A stretch of DNA of 64,000 nucleotides from Octopus vulgaris (Eukaryota): the NCBI GenBank assembly GCA_951406725.2, contig OX597817.1, positions 18,042,001 to 18,106,000 on the forward strand. The letters are read 5' to 3'. The first letter of the stretch is position 1, and every line of letters starts with the position of its first letter. Shown one piece after another: positions 13,741 through 25,978 of this stretch. The notes below the pieces were generated by a model. The model saw only the letters and a program-made list of their open reading frames with translations, was not told where the DNA came from and ran no database searches. A program made the position numbers and the translations under genes.

Positions 13741-14420
13741 AGGCACAGGACGTCACAAAACATGAAATACGAAGACAAGCTTGGGTATGTGAACAACGAG
13801 AGAAACAAAGGGAAAAACAAGACAAATAACATAAAGAACGACTCTTCATCAGTTGTCGGCTGTCCATCTACTCCTCATTTCGAGCAATTAACGACAATAT
13901 GAGGTTTCGAAAGGCAGTTATTCCCGCGAACAAAAATAAAATTTGGGATTTGCGGAGGGTCAAAGTTGGTAGTAAAAACAGAACAGTGGAGACATACTAC
14001 AAACCAAACGAAAACAAACATGGTGGACCATTAGGCCAGACGAGGTAAGGTAGCGAACGCTGGAGGAATATTGTCTTTGACAAGAGAAAAGATAGAAGAG
14101 GAGACAGATAAGAATGTGCCTGGTCTGTAAGACAGACTGAAAGAAAAGAAAGATGATAACGTGAGGAAAAGAACGCTGGACGATGGTCACGTGTGAGCAA
14201 CGAGAGAGCGAGAGAGAGAGAGAGTAAAGGCGAAAGAGGGAGAGATACGAAACGGTGAAGGGGAGAAAAAAGAATTGGAGAAAGGATGAGAGCGAAATAA
14301 CAAAAGGGGGAGAAGGGAAGAAAAAGAATTAGAGAGTGGAAGTGAGATAAAACGAAGTGGGGGGGGGGGGGAGAACAGTACAGGGTAGAGAAAAGGAGAA
14401 GTAATGTGGAACTGAAAAGA
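13740..14420 (-). mobile_element. Penelope-like element terminal repeat (pLTR) abutting (TA)n
   Basis: The terminus ACAGGACGTCACAAAAC is shared with ~18685, which lies 3' of a PLE RT, and (diverged) with ~55545. Has a pyrimidine-rich upstream tract and a hammerhead core. Confidence 0.65.
13840..13961 (-). ncRNA. Rearranged (non-circularly permuted) hammerhead ribozyme candidate, copy 1
   Basis: Minus strand order: GACCCU, CCGCAAA..UUCGCGG, GAAUAA, CCUCAU-A, UUGUCG, UUGCUC-GAAAUGAGG, CGACAA-CUGAUGA-AGAGUC. Confidence 0.7.
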
Positions 14421-15142
14421 AAAAAAGGGTAAATTCTTTTCAGTTCCACATTACTTCTCCTCCCCCACCAACCAAACACACCTACTGTGTCCCTTGAAAT
14501 AGATAATATTCTTTTACGTTAGCATGGTGGACAGGTCAGTTTTAGCTTCACTACTATTATAATGTAAATCTTTTTGAACTCATAATATTCTGTACGTGTA
14601 TACTGAACTTTTTTAATAATTCCTTCTGGAAATTATCTTGAGAATGTATAATATATTTGTTGTAATCTTTTGTGCCCATTATTTCAATGAGCTTGTTAAA
14701 CTTTTTTATATTCTCAACATGCTCTTGTCACCAAAGAATGTATATCTATATGGATCGTAGTACTCTGTGTCAACCAATATTCTGTGCATGTTTGAATATA
14801 CAGATACAATACCAATACCAATATCATTTCCTTCTGGAAACTATCTTAAGCATGTCCTTGAGAACGATTATTTATGTAGTAATCTTTTGTGCCCAATATT
14901 TTAAGGAACTTGTTGAACTTTTTTATGTCCTTAACATGTCCCTGTTACCAAAGACTGTATATATGTAATGTAGCAATTTGTAACAACCAATAATTAACGC
15001 AACCAAACTTCTACATGTTACTTTTGACAATCTTTTTCCAAACAGTGAAATCGGTAAAGTAAATAAACATCTTTTAAATTGCATTTTCAAACCTTCTTTC
15101 GTATATAATTCCACTCGTGCGGTACCCCACAACTCCACTTTG

Positions 15143-15191
<49 letters not shown>

Positions 15192-15194
15192 TCT

Positions 15195-15247
<53 letters not shown>

Positions 15248-15248
15248 T

Positions 15249-15288
<40 letters not shown>

Positions 15289-15361
15289 TATGAATACAAA
15301 TATATACATATACATACATACAAATATATAGCTATACATACTTATTTACATATATATATAT

Positions 15362-15418
<57 letters not shown>

Positions 15419-15584
15419 CATATATACATATATATACATATATATATATACTTATATATATATACATACAGTTAATCCAAACAAGAAAACACAAAAAAAA
15501 CACAACAACGCGAGGACGTGGAACAAATATAGTATTATTGGACGCTCAGGAAGGAAGGGAAGAAGGAGGGTTTAACGTTTCGAT

Positions 15585-15620
<36 letters not shown>

Positions 15621-15697
15621 AATATATAGAATACAAATATATACATATACATACATACAAATATATAGCTATACATATTATTTAATATATATATATA

Positions 15698-15754
<57 letters not shown>

Positions 15755-15805
15755 CATATATACATATATAACATATATATATATACTTATATATATATAC
15801 ATACA

Positions 15806-15952
15806 GTTAATCCAAACAAGAAAACACAAAAAAAACACAACAACGCGAGGACGTGGAACAAATATAGTATTATTGGACGCTCAGGAAGGAAGGGAAGAAG
15901 GAGGGTTTAACGTTTCGAGTGGAGCTCTTCGTCGGAAACATAGGAGAAGGAA
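15806..15952 (-). mobile_element. PLE pLTR fragment with a minimal hammerhead variant (CCGACGA core)
   Basis: Minus strand GUUU-CCGACGA-A-GAGC..ACUC-GAAACGUU-AAAC. Same family as 19820-19970, with a partial duplicate at 15470-15582. Confidence 0.6.
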
Positions 15953-15996
<44 letters not shown>

Positions 15997-16335
15997 CATA
16001 TGTATATATATATACATACTGTATGTATGTATGTATGTATGTATGTATGTATGTATGTATGTATGTATTCACATATAGACATGGGAACTCAAATATTCTG
16101 CTGCTCTAGTTCGCATAGCTGAACTTTTAGCGGAATTAATGACGAAATTCTAGCCATAGTTAGAATCAAGTGGTTGCAGGGTAAACTTAGCAAAGACTAA
16201 AGTTTTAGTAAGTAGGAAAGAAGACAAGACCCCAGTTTCATCAAAGAAATGGTCTTACTCAAAGGAGCGGGTGTATAAACACCATACACTGCACCCATTG
16301 TAGACCTTAGACATAGAGGTGTAGTGGAATCACAG

Positions 16336-16720
16336 GAGGCGCAATGGCCCAGTGGTTAGGGCAGCGGACTCGCGGTCATAGGATCGCGGTATCGATTCCC
16401 AGACCGGGCGTTGTGAGTGTTTATTGAGCGAAAACACCTAAAGCTCCACGAGGCTCCGGCAGGGGATGGTGGTGATCCCTGCTGTACTCTTTCACCACAA
16501 CTTTCTCTCACTTTTACTTCCTGTTTCTGTTGTACCTGTATTTCAAAGGGCCGGCCTTGTCACTCTCTGTGTCACGCTGAATATCCCCGAATATCCCCGT
16601 TAAGGGTACACGTGTCTGTGGAGTGCTCAGCCACTTACACGTTAATTTCACGAGCAGGCTGTTCCGTTGATTCGGATCAACCGGAACCCTCGTCGTCGTA
16701 ACCGACGGAGTGCTTCCTCC
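16336..16720 (+). mobile_element. tRNA-derived SINE, family C (head H1, tail T1) with TSD
   Basis: A box TGGCCCAGTGG and B-box-like GGTATCGATTCC. TSD TAGTGGAATCACAGG. Confidence 0.9.
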
Positions 16721-17392
16721 TAGTGGAATCACAGGCAAGCTAACAGAGAAACTAAGCTTTATACACGACAGAATCGTTGTTTTTTGTGTGTGTTTCCTGC
16801 TGTGCTTTGACTTATTTGTCGAATCCATACTCTCTCTCACATATAATTTCATAAGTGAAGCGAAGGTGGTTGTTTAGAAAACATCTTATGTAACTAAAAA
16901 TAAGATTACTTCAAACATTAATTTATTGCCAGGGCATGAATTTCATGATTCCAAGACTTGAAAAACAATAAATATTCATGAGGAGAGTAAATAAAGTTTT
17001 CTTTAATTCATGAATTTCACTATTTCATGAAGTATAAAACAGTAAATATTCATGAGAACAGTAAATAAACTTGTCTTTAATTTGGAACCATCCAAGCTAC
17101 TAGTCACCATTTTTTTGACTTTGAATTAGAAAATAAAAAAATAACCAAGAACATAGTTGTTAACAGAAATATGTTGTGCGATATATCTAGAAAACATAAT
17201 GAATTTTGGGTTATTGGTAGCACTGAATTTAATTATTTATTGCAATTGGTAAACGATAGCGCAGTCCTTTACAGCAGAAGTAACCAACCTTTTTTGTACC
17301 ACAGACCGGTTTCATGCAAGACAATTTTCCCACAGATCGGGGTATTACGGGTATAACAAAACACAATAAAGTGCATCCTATATAATTTAGTA

Positions 17393-17702
17393 ATCTATAT
17401 ATATAAAGCTGAAGTTGTCTGTGTATGGCAGGTTTGGTAGCCTTCAATTAACACTATCTTCTCCGAGACCCCGCGGCGCAAGTTGACAAAAATTGAAAGT
17501 ATGATAGAAGAAGGCTTGCTCTTCCTTCCGTAGAAGAAAAAAAATTCAAATCGGACCATGTTAACACCAAAAATTATTTACATCAAAAAGGTGCTTTTTT
17601 TCTATGAAAATTTCTATTTTTTACGATTTTTTTTACTGCTGTGTCGCCATTTTTCGGTGTATTTCAACCAGAAAAATGTTCACTTAAAGAGAATAACAAG
17701 CT
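17393..17702 (+). mobile_element. Helitron-like non-autonomous element, 5' portion
   Basis: A|TCTATATATATAAAGCTGAAGTTGT start resembles the 5' ends at 57221 and 59982. No 3' CTAG end was seen. Confidence 0.4.
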
Positions 17703-17833
17703 AAAGGCTGGAGAGTATATCAGCCAAAACGTTGTGTTAACAACAAACAAGCTGAGGACAAATATCCGTCGAATGTAAATAATGCAAATAATGTAAATAA
17801 GGTACTTAATTCCTCATCTCTTAAATATAGAAC
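17703..17833 (+). mobile_element. Solo PLE pLTR fragment (same family as 22445/23846)
   Basis: AGGCTGGAGAGTATATCAGCCAAAACGTTGTG matches the pLTRs of the GIY-YIG element. Confidence 0.7.
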
Positions 17834-17844
17834 CGCTATATTTT

Positions 17845-18450
17845 TATATATATCAAAAATACAAAAATGGGACAAAAACGGTAAACATCCAGACAGACGA
17901 TACAAAGAAAACAAGGACGGGTCATTCGGAGTTTTCTTTTGCCAGTCGAGTTCCTGATTATCTTTGCAATTTCGGCTGGTTTTACTCGAGAATTCTCCAA
18001 TCTGGCCAGCCCCAAAGAAAAACTAAGCTAAGAGCATTAGATTCCTTGGAAGAAAGCAGCGAATGTATACGAAAACAAAGACGAAAAATAAACGGAGAAA
18101 TGGTACACAAATACAAATAACAAGACATTACAAACAGGTGTCTTTCGACTAAGGACGAATTAAATTAAGCTGGCGTGCTTGGAAGTAAAGATTTATGGCA
18201 GAGACATAAGATTTCACAGGCACAGGGAGGAATATAGATGTTGCACGGATGGTACTCGAACCAAGAAAGAAAGGTCAGGCTTGGCTGAACAGCGGTCACG
18301 TGGGGAGAGAAGTGAGAGAGGCAGAGGGATAGAAGAATTAAGGAGGGCGAGAAAAAATGAAAGGTACAGAGTGAAGTAAAAGAGGAGGGAAGGTGAGCAT
18401 GAAGAGAAGGACAGGAAATGTGAGAGAGGGGAAACGAAAGAACGAAGAGT
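17845..18450 (-). mobile_element. PLE-type pLTR of a different family with a decayed rearranged hammerhead
   Basis: Lies between TA tracts, has a pyrimidine-rich upstream tract, and carries a permuted hammerhead scaffold at 17931-18022. Confidence 0.5.
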
Positions 18451-18614
18451 AATATATATATATATAGTGTATACATATATATACATATATATATATAGTG
18501 TATATATATATATATGCATTTACTATATATATATGCGTGGCGTTCAATCATATAATAATATAAATAAAATATATATAGGCATATATGCATATATGTACAT
18601 ACTGATATATATAT

Positions 18615-18679
<65 letters not shown>

Positions 18680-19640
18680 TATATGGGTACAGGACGTCAC
18701 AAAACGTAAACAACATGAAATACAAAATATGAAAACATGGAATAAGAAATTTTTGTGGGGTGGGGTGAAGGAAGACACTGTGGATCAAGAAGTCACGCAG
18801 TTTGTGGGCTCGTTTGAAGGAAGGAAGGGGTATGTTGGGGAAAGTATGTGAGGTGGAGGGGTCGGACTGGAGTCGCTAGAAAGCTCGGAGAATGGTACGT
18901 TGGAGGGGCAGGGTAGGAGTGGTAGGTGAGTGGAAACAGGAGACAGACAACAGCGGGGCGGCTGCGGGGGGAGAGAGAGCAGAGGTATGGTTCACGGAAC
19001 GTGGCTTCTCAAGGGCTGTGTGGATAGTGGTGCGGGGATATCCATGAAGTTTGAAGTGGCGAGCTATGAGTTGAGACTGAGTCTCAAAGTCATGGTTTTG
19101 TCATTGCAGAGCCTGCGCAGACGGAGGAATTGGGAGTAGGAGATGGAGAGCTTGGTGTGGGTAGGGTGGGAGGAGGAGAAGTTAAGGTAGGAGTGTGAGT
19201 CGGTGTGTTTGTAGTGGATGGAGGTAGTGAGAGCGGAGTGGTATATTTTGGCAGAAATGTTGAAATTCGACGGAAGTGTTGGAAATAGTGCAGGAGAATT
19301 CGAGAGTAGGATGGAAGGATTGGACAAAAGAGAGGAAGGAGTCTAGTTGTTCGCAGGAAAGTGAGATCGCACTGATACAGACATCAATACAACGACCATT
19401 ATAGTTCGGGAGTGGGACCAGTGAATCAAGAATATTTGGGCCTCAACGCAGCTAGCAAACAGGTTCGCATAGTTGGGGCCCATTCCCATTCCCATGGCCA
19501 CTCCAGAGCTGTTGGTAAAAATCCCCCTCGAACGAGAAGCAGTTGAGGGAAAGAACAAGTTCTGCCAGACAAAGAAGTGTGGAGGTGTCAGGTTGGGGTT
19601 GGGTCGAAGGTCCAGAAAGTGTTTAAGTGCAAGAAGTTCT
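18680..19640 (-). mobile_element. Penelope-like retroelement, decayed RT (Neptune-like)
   Basis: GVAMG..MGPNYANLF and YKHTDSHSYLNFSSSHP...YSQFLRLRRLC are PLE RT and thumb motifs. Frameshifted; ends at (TA)n. Confidence 0.8.
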
Positions 19641-19837
19641 TCGTTGTAGGTACGATAATGAGTTGTTATTGTTCCTGAACGTACGGTCCACTTCTTGTTT
19701 TCTATACCTGCCATGGACTGCTTGAAGCTTACAAACTTCCTACACTTGGATCCCTACCCTTCAAAATGTGACCTCGTGTGTACCGTTGGCGATTTTTTCC
19801 CTCTGTCTTCCCTTCTCTGGATCTTTTCTTCTCCAAT

Positions 19838-19872
19838 GTTTCCGACGAAGAGCTCCGCTCGAAACGTTAAAA
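19838..19872 (+). ncRNA. Minimal type I hammerhead variant (U4C core) in a pLTR
   Basis: GUUU-CCGACGA-A-GAGC-UCC-GCUC-GAAACGUU-AAA, with a palindromic ACGU stem III. Confidence 0.5.
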
Positions 19873-19966
19873 GCCTCCTTCTTTCCTTCTTTCCTGAGCG
19901 TCCAATAATACTATATTTGTTCCACGTCCTCGCGTTGTTGTGTTTTTTGTGGTTTCTTGTTTGGAT

Positions 19967-20047
<81 letters not shown>

Positions 20048-20899
20048 GTGTGTTTTAATGTGGTTTACATTCGTCAACTACAGAGAACTGAATATGGATG
20101 TCAGATTCACTTATACTCTTTATGTTGTGCCTAAGATACACAATCGTTACTTAAGTTTCTTCATGTGAAGCCGAATGTTAAAACTATAAATAGTGTGTAT
20201 AGAGGGTGTCAGTTTATTATCAGGTTAAAATTTATCCTGGTGAACGTGCTATTTCCTCTTGAGTGGTCAGAACCTGTCAAAGTTTGGTAGCCATTGATTA
20301 TCTGCTCTTGTATTGACGTAGCTAACATAGTGTTATCTTGAATATTTATTCAATAACTTGTTACCTTTGTTGTACATAATTTGGCTTCATTGGCTTATGA
20401 CTTACATATTTCTATTGAATAGAATTCACCATTTGATTTCGTAATTTACCTCCTTTAATTTCCAGATATTGTTAGAGAGCGTAGTTTTAGTCCGCTTGTC
20501 AACGTATTTGAAGTGGGTGTTGCGGTTAAATAGTCTGTGTTTGAATTGAACTTCAACCATTCTTATGTAATGCTTTCAATCAAAAGATTGGTGGCGTTAA
20601 CTTTGCTTTCATATGCGACCGACTCAGCGTTGAAGCCTGGTTTAATAGGTACGTTTCAACCTTTCTGCATAAACAATCTGTAACAATATGATGATAAAGG
20701 TTTTCATATTTGACATGCAACTGTAGCCAATCTTATGGCACTGGTTAAATAACATCACGTAGACTTGTACATATCTGTACAGATACATCTCCAGTTTTTA
20801 CCGATGCATGGCCATATAAAAGGCTTCACGGAGCACATTTACTTGCATTCAAAAAAGCGATGTGCACGAATAAAGATTGATTATTTAGTCACGTGACTA

Positions 20900-21128
20900 A
20901 GGCGGCGAACTGGCAGAAACGTTAGCACGCCGGGCGAAATGCGTAGCCGTATTTCGTCTGCCGTTATGTTCAGGGTTCAAATTCCGCCGAGGTCGACTTT
21001 GCCTTTCATCCTTTCGGGATCGATAAAATAAGTACCAGTTACGCACTGGAGTCGATGTAATCGACTTAATCCGTCTGTCTGTCCTTGTTTGTCCACTCTG
21101 TATTTAGCCCCTTGTGGGTAGTAAAGAA
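20900..21128 (+). mobile_element. SINE family B monomer with TSD
   Basis: Flanked by TTTAGTCACGTGA. Confidence 0.9.
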
Positions 21129-21465
21129 TTATATATTTTAGTCACGTGATGAGTTAAATTTCTTTTAATATATGAAGCTAAACAGATCCTAAATGAGCAT
21201 CGACCTCAAAATCTTGGATGGCGTATATGTTAAAAGCTATTGATTTATACGTACCAATATACTTGTCTACTCTTCAGTATCAAGTGCGGTATATTCTTTT
21301 GATTTTACTGTTATCTATCGTAATACGATAAGTGTAATATCTAGCGTAATACGATCAAGCATGATACGATCAAGCGTAATACGATCTCTCTCTTTGTGCG
21401 TGTGTTTGTCTGCTTATCTACCTACCTACCTACCTACCTACCTACCTACCTACCTACCTACCTAC

Positions 21466-21518
<53 letters not shown>

Positions 21519-21583
21519 CATACATACATACATTGCATTTTCAATCCAGGAACAGGAAATATCAACCAAATACCTGATGTACA

Positions 21584-21654
<71 letters not shown>

Positions 21655-21660
<6 letters not shown>

Positions 21661-22437
21661 GGAAAAGCAGTAAAATGTGACAACCGACGCAGACTTTGTG
21701 TTAACACTGAAGATATCACCCACATCATATGCAGTGTCCGAAAATGTTATCACGGTATTATCTACCAATGAGATATAATACTGTATAACGAGATCCGTCG
21801 AAAGGATAACTCCAAGGACCCACAGTATGGTAGAAGCCATAGCCACTCATAATAAAAAGAACTGGTGAAATGTCCCTGTGAAGACCTCAATAAAATGTAA
21901 ACATAATAGAACTGATATAATGATTTGGGATAGAGAAGAGAAACTGTGTACAGTTGTAGAAATCAGCTGCCCAGTGGATGGTAACATAAAGCTGAAGGTC
22001 AGTGAATAAGAGAATACCTACGCTGAACTATTGAGGAATCTGCAGTTACTCTATCCAGATTACAAGTTCAGGTTTATACTTGTAATTATTAGAGTACTGG
22101 GATATGTAGCACTCTGCCTAAATACCAATCGTGAGAAATTAATCTCCTCAAAACCAGAAAGAAGAAAGCAGATCCAATCTACTACTGGAGCTGTAAAAAA
22201 TCTGTAAAACTTTCCATAGTTTATCATTTAAATATATATGATCATGTCTAGATATACAAGTATATGCATGAGAAGACATACATAAAAGAAAACATACAAA
22301 TCTGCACATATACATACATGCACTATTACAAAAATACCATGCTGTTGATATTGAAATTCTAATGAAGAAGTCTTGGATCTAAGTTAGAAACCTGCTCTTT
22401 CTCTAGTGGTAAGGAATCTTGAAATAAAACTGAATAA
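21655..22437 (+). mobile_element. R4/NeSL-type RLE LINE 3' fragment
   Basis: Zinc-knuckle remnant RLC..EDITHII, then HNRTDIMIWDREEKLCTVVEISCPVDGNI (restriction-like endonuclease motif). Starts directly after (GA)n. Confidence 0.75.
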
Positions 22438-22503
22438 TATATACACATAATTACGTGCATTATTTACATTGGGCGGATAGGTGTCCTCACCTTATTTATT
22501 GTT

Positions 22504-22549
22504 ACCACAACGTTTCGGCTGATATACTCTCCAGCCTTCATCAGGTGTT
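22504..22549 (-). ncRNA. Minimal type I hammerhead ribozyme, canonical core
   Basis: CAC-CUGAUGA-A-GGCUG..CAGCC-GAAACGUU-GUG. Confidence 0.7.
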
Positions 22550-23312
22550 CTGGTAGAATTTCGAACCCATCCATTTGTTCACTGCATAATACCTCAATTT
22601 CAATTCTCACCATCCATGCTGTAAAAAGAGAGGTGTTATTCAGTGCCTAAAACATCGCGCAAAGTCTATAAGTAGTGATCCTGATACACACAACGAAGAA
22701 ATTTTCAGGCTAAGAAACAATCTTCTATTCAACAGCTACCCAGAAAACATACTATCCACTCCACTTAGGAAGAGGAGAGAGGATGAAACCAATAAACTGA
22801 CCACAGTCTGTCTAGCCTATGTCAAAGACCTCTCGAAAAAGATACAAAAGATATGCGGTCCATATGACACCAGGACATTATTCAGAAGTAATATAACACT
22901 TTGCAAATATCTCTTCCGAGTAAAACCACTCATAAAAGAGAATATGACCAAAAACTGCGTGCATTCAATCCCATGCAGTTGCGGTAGGTTATACAAAAGC
23001 AAACATGCCGCCTCCTTAAGATTGGGGTGGAAGAACATCGCAAAGCCGTGACACAAGGAGATATTGAAAAATCGGGTATAGCCGATCATTTTTGGAAAAA
23101 CGGAGACCACCTCCTCCTGTGGGATGAAGTTAAAATAATAGACAGAGAACCCCATTGGAAAATACGAAAACTAAAAGAGGCAGCACATATAGTAGGACGC
23201 AATAACCTCCTAAGCAGACCTAGTGCAGATATCAATGTAATATGGGAACCAGCATTAAGAAAAGATAAAATGTGAGGTTTATAAGCCCCAAAACTCACTA
23301 TATAATTACCTG

Positions 23313-23688
23313 TGGAGGCGCAATGGCCCAGTGGTTAGGGCAGCGGAGTCGCGGTCATAGGATCGCGGTTTCGATTCCCAGACCGGGCGTTGTGAGTGCT
23401 TATTGAGCGAAAACACCTAAAAGCTCCACGAGGCTCCGGCAGGGGATGGTGGTGATCCCTGCTGTACTCTTTCACCACAACTTTCTCTCACTCTTACTTG
23501 TACCTGTATTTCAAGGGGCCGGCCTTGTCACTCTCTGTGTCACGCTGAATATCCCCGAGAACTACGTTAAGGGTACACGCGTCTGTGGAGTGCTCAGCCA
23601 CTTACACGTTAATTTCACGAGCAGGCTGTTCCGTTGATTCGGATCAACCGGAACCCTTATCGTCGTAACCGACGGAGTGCTTCCAATC
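23313..23688 (+). mobile_element. SINE family C (H1-T1) nested in the PLE, with TSD
   Basis: Near-identical to 16336-16720. TSD ATATAATTACCT. Confidence 0.9.
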
Positions 23689-24541
23689 CCATATAATTAC
23701 CTACGGACATATAGCGTAGTGGATAAGAGCGCGGGTTCGATCCCAGACAGGGAGTTGGGAAATAATATCAATAGAAAAAATAACGTCAGCAAAAAAAAGA
23801 ATACTTTAGGAATGAGAACAGAGCATCGCATTAGTCAAAAAAGGGTTGGGTTCGAAACTCCACCAGAACACCTATTTAAGGCTGGAGAGTACATCATCCG
23901 AAAAAAAAAAAAAAACGTTGTGGTAACAACAACCAAGGCGAGGACATCTATCCATCCATTGTAAATAATGAACATACATACACACACACAATTATATTCC
24001 TTTATTCATTGGTTTCAATACCGCCTTCAATTGTTGCAGTACATCAAATGAACCCAATCACTTAAATCGGGTTGTTGAACACCGAAGTTACGGGGTATAA
24101 ATAGACACAACATATAAATAACACCAAGTTTTCAGCTACAAAAACGGACCCTCCACATCCATCTACAACACACACAAATACACATATAAAAGAGAGAATG
24201 AGGGAGAGAGAGAGAGAGAGAGAGACATGATCAAGCAAAAATTCGTTTTCAACCTATGTAATTATGATTTCATATTTAGACACATGACAATGAAATTGAG
24301 AATGGACACTAGAAAGTAAATGTGACCTTAAGGCCAGAATGGAAACCTACCTACTAACAATGCCGGCTTAGTAACAGCTTTTTCCCCCTCTCATTCACCA
24401 TTCCGCTCGCTCGAACAATAAATATCAGAAATCATTATCGTAGCAGAGATAATTACAAAATTAAGCGAAGATAATTTGAAAGAACAATTAATTATGGAAA
24501 TTCGTGGAAACAAAACTGAAAAGACAATCGAACTTCTTCTC

Positions 24542-24662
<121 letters not shown>

Positions 24663-24667
24663 CATAT

Positions 24668-24704
<37 letters not shown>

Positions 24705-24748
24705 CATATATACATATATTCATATATACATACATATATATATATATA

Positions 24749-24809
<61 letters not shown>

Positions 24810-24815
24810 GTATAA

Positions 24816-24871
<56 letters not shown>

Positions 24872-24872
24872 C

Positions 24873-24925
<53 letters not shown>

Positions 24926-25524
24926 CATACATATATATATATACATATACACATATATACATATATATATATATATATGCATACACACACACATACATAT
25001 ATACATATACGTTATTGGTGTTATTGTTGTTGTTGTTTACCGTGTGCTCACGTGTGTTCATAGTGCTTCATTTAGAAGATATTTTTCTGCAGGAATACGT
25101 TTTTAGGAGAGAAAAAAAATTCTCATCCATAAAAGGCTTCCAAATATTCAACCGACCATCCATTTTCCTGCGGATATAGGAAAGAAGAAACGGCTTTAGT
25201 CATTTGCATTCAACATATATTTTTGTGCTTGCAAACACCCGTTTAACTTTGTTTATTGCAGCCACTATATTCATTTTACTTTGTTCATTATATTTGTTTC
25301 CTTTGGTCACCTCTGAGGTAACAGAAACAGAAGCTTACCACAAAATTGATAATAGAGAACACGGCCTCAAGATTTTTTAAAAATCTGTTTTTGAGTTAAA
25401 ATAACAAAAACAAAATTTAAAAATATTAGAAAGATAAACAGCAAAAAAAGATAAAGAAAGCCTCGGGGTCATTTAGAAACATTGCCAGTTACAGCTTCTG
25501 AAGTGAAAATGGGAGCTTAAATAC

Positions 25525-25978
25525 CTATTTTTTTACTACCCACAAGGGGCTAAACACAGAGGGGACAAACAAGGACAGACAAACATCGACCCCAGTGCGT
25601 AACTGGTACTTAATTTATCAACCCCGAAAGGATGAAAGGCAAAGTCGACCTCGGCGGAATTTGAACTCAGAACGTAACAGCAGACGAAATAAGGCTACGC
25701 ATTTCGCCCGGCGTGCTAACGTTTCTGCCAGTTCGCCGCCTTAGGTAACTTAAATACCTATTTCTTTACTATCCACAGAGAGGACAAACAAAGACAAACA
25801 AAGGGATTAAGTCGATTATACCGACCCCAGTGTGTAACTGGTACTTAATTTATCGATCCCGAAAAGATGAAAGGCAAAGTCGACCTCGGCAGGATTTGAA
25901 CTCAGAACGTAACGGCAGACGAAATACGGCTACGCATTTCGCCCGGCGTGCTAACGTTTCTGTCAGCTCGCCGCCTTT
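25525..25978 (-). mobile_element. Two complete SINE B copies in tandem with a triplicated target
   Basis: GG..RCTTAAAT(A/C)CC occurs left of, between and right of the two copies. Confidence 0.85.

Larger units (their letters stand above)
22445..23975 (+). mobile_element. Penelope (Poseidon-like) element: 5'-truncated thumb/GIY-YIG ORF with an inverted 5' pLTR and a direct 3' pLTR
   Basis: 22599-23275 reads FNSHHP..KRGVIQCLKHRA...NCVHSIPCSCG...EHRKAV...KSGIADH...RKLKEAAHI. 22445-22568 is the reverse complement of 23846-23975. Confidence 0.85.

Noticed and set aside
15280-15917. Near-duplicate of a TA-rich block plus a pLTR end
   Set aside because: The second copy differs mainly by single-base dropouts in low-complexity sequence. 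An assembly or haplotype artefact is as likely as a real tandem pLTR.
16336-16410. tRNA-like sequence with A and B boxes
   Set aside because: It continues into a SINE body bounded by a TSD, so it is a tRNA-derived head and not a tRNA gene.
22355-22400. CTAATGA...GAAACC hammerhead-like motif in the RLE LINE 3' UTR (similar at ~54572-54612)
   Set aside because: The core is non-canonical in both copies and the stems are unconvincing. GGAGCC/GGCTCC offers an alternative simple hairpin.
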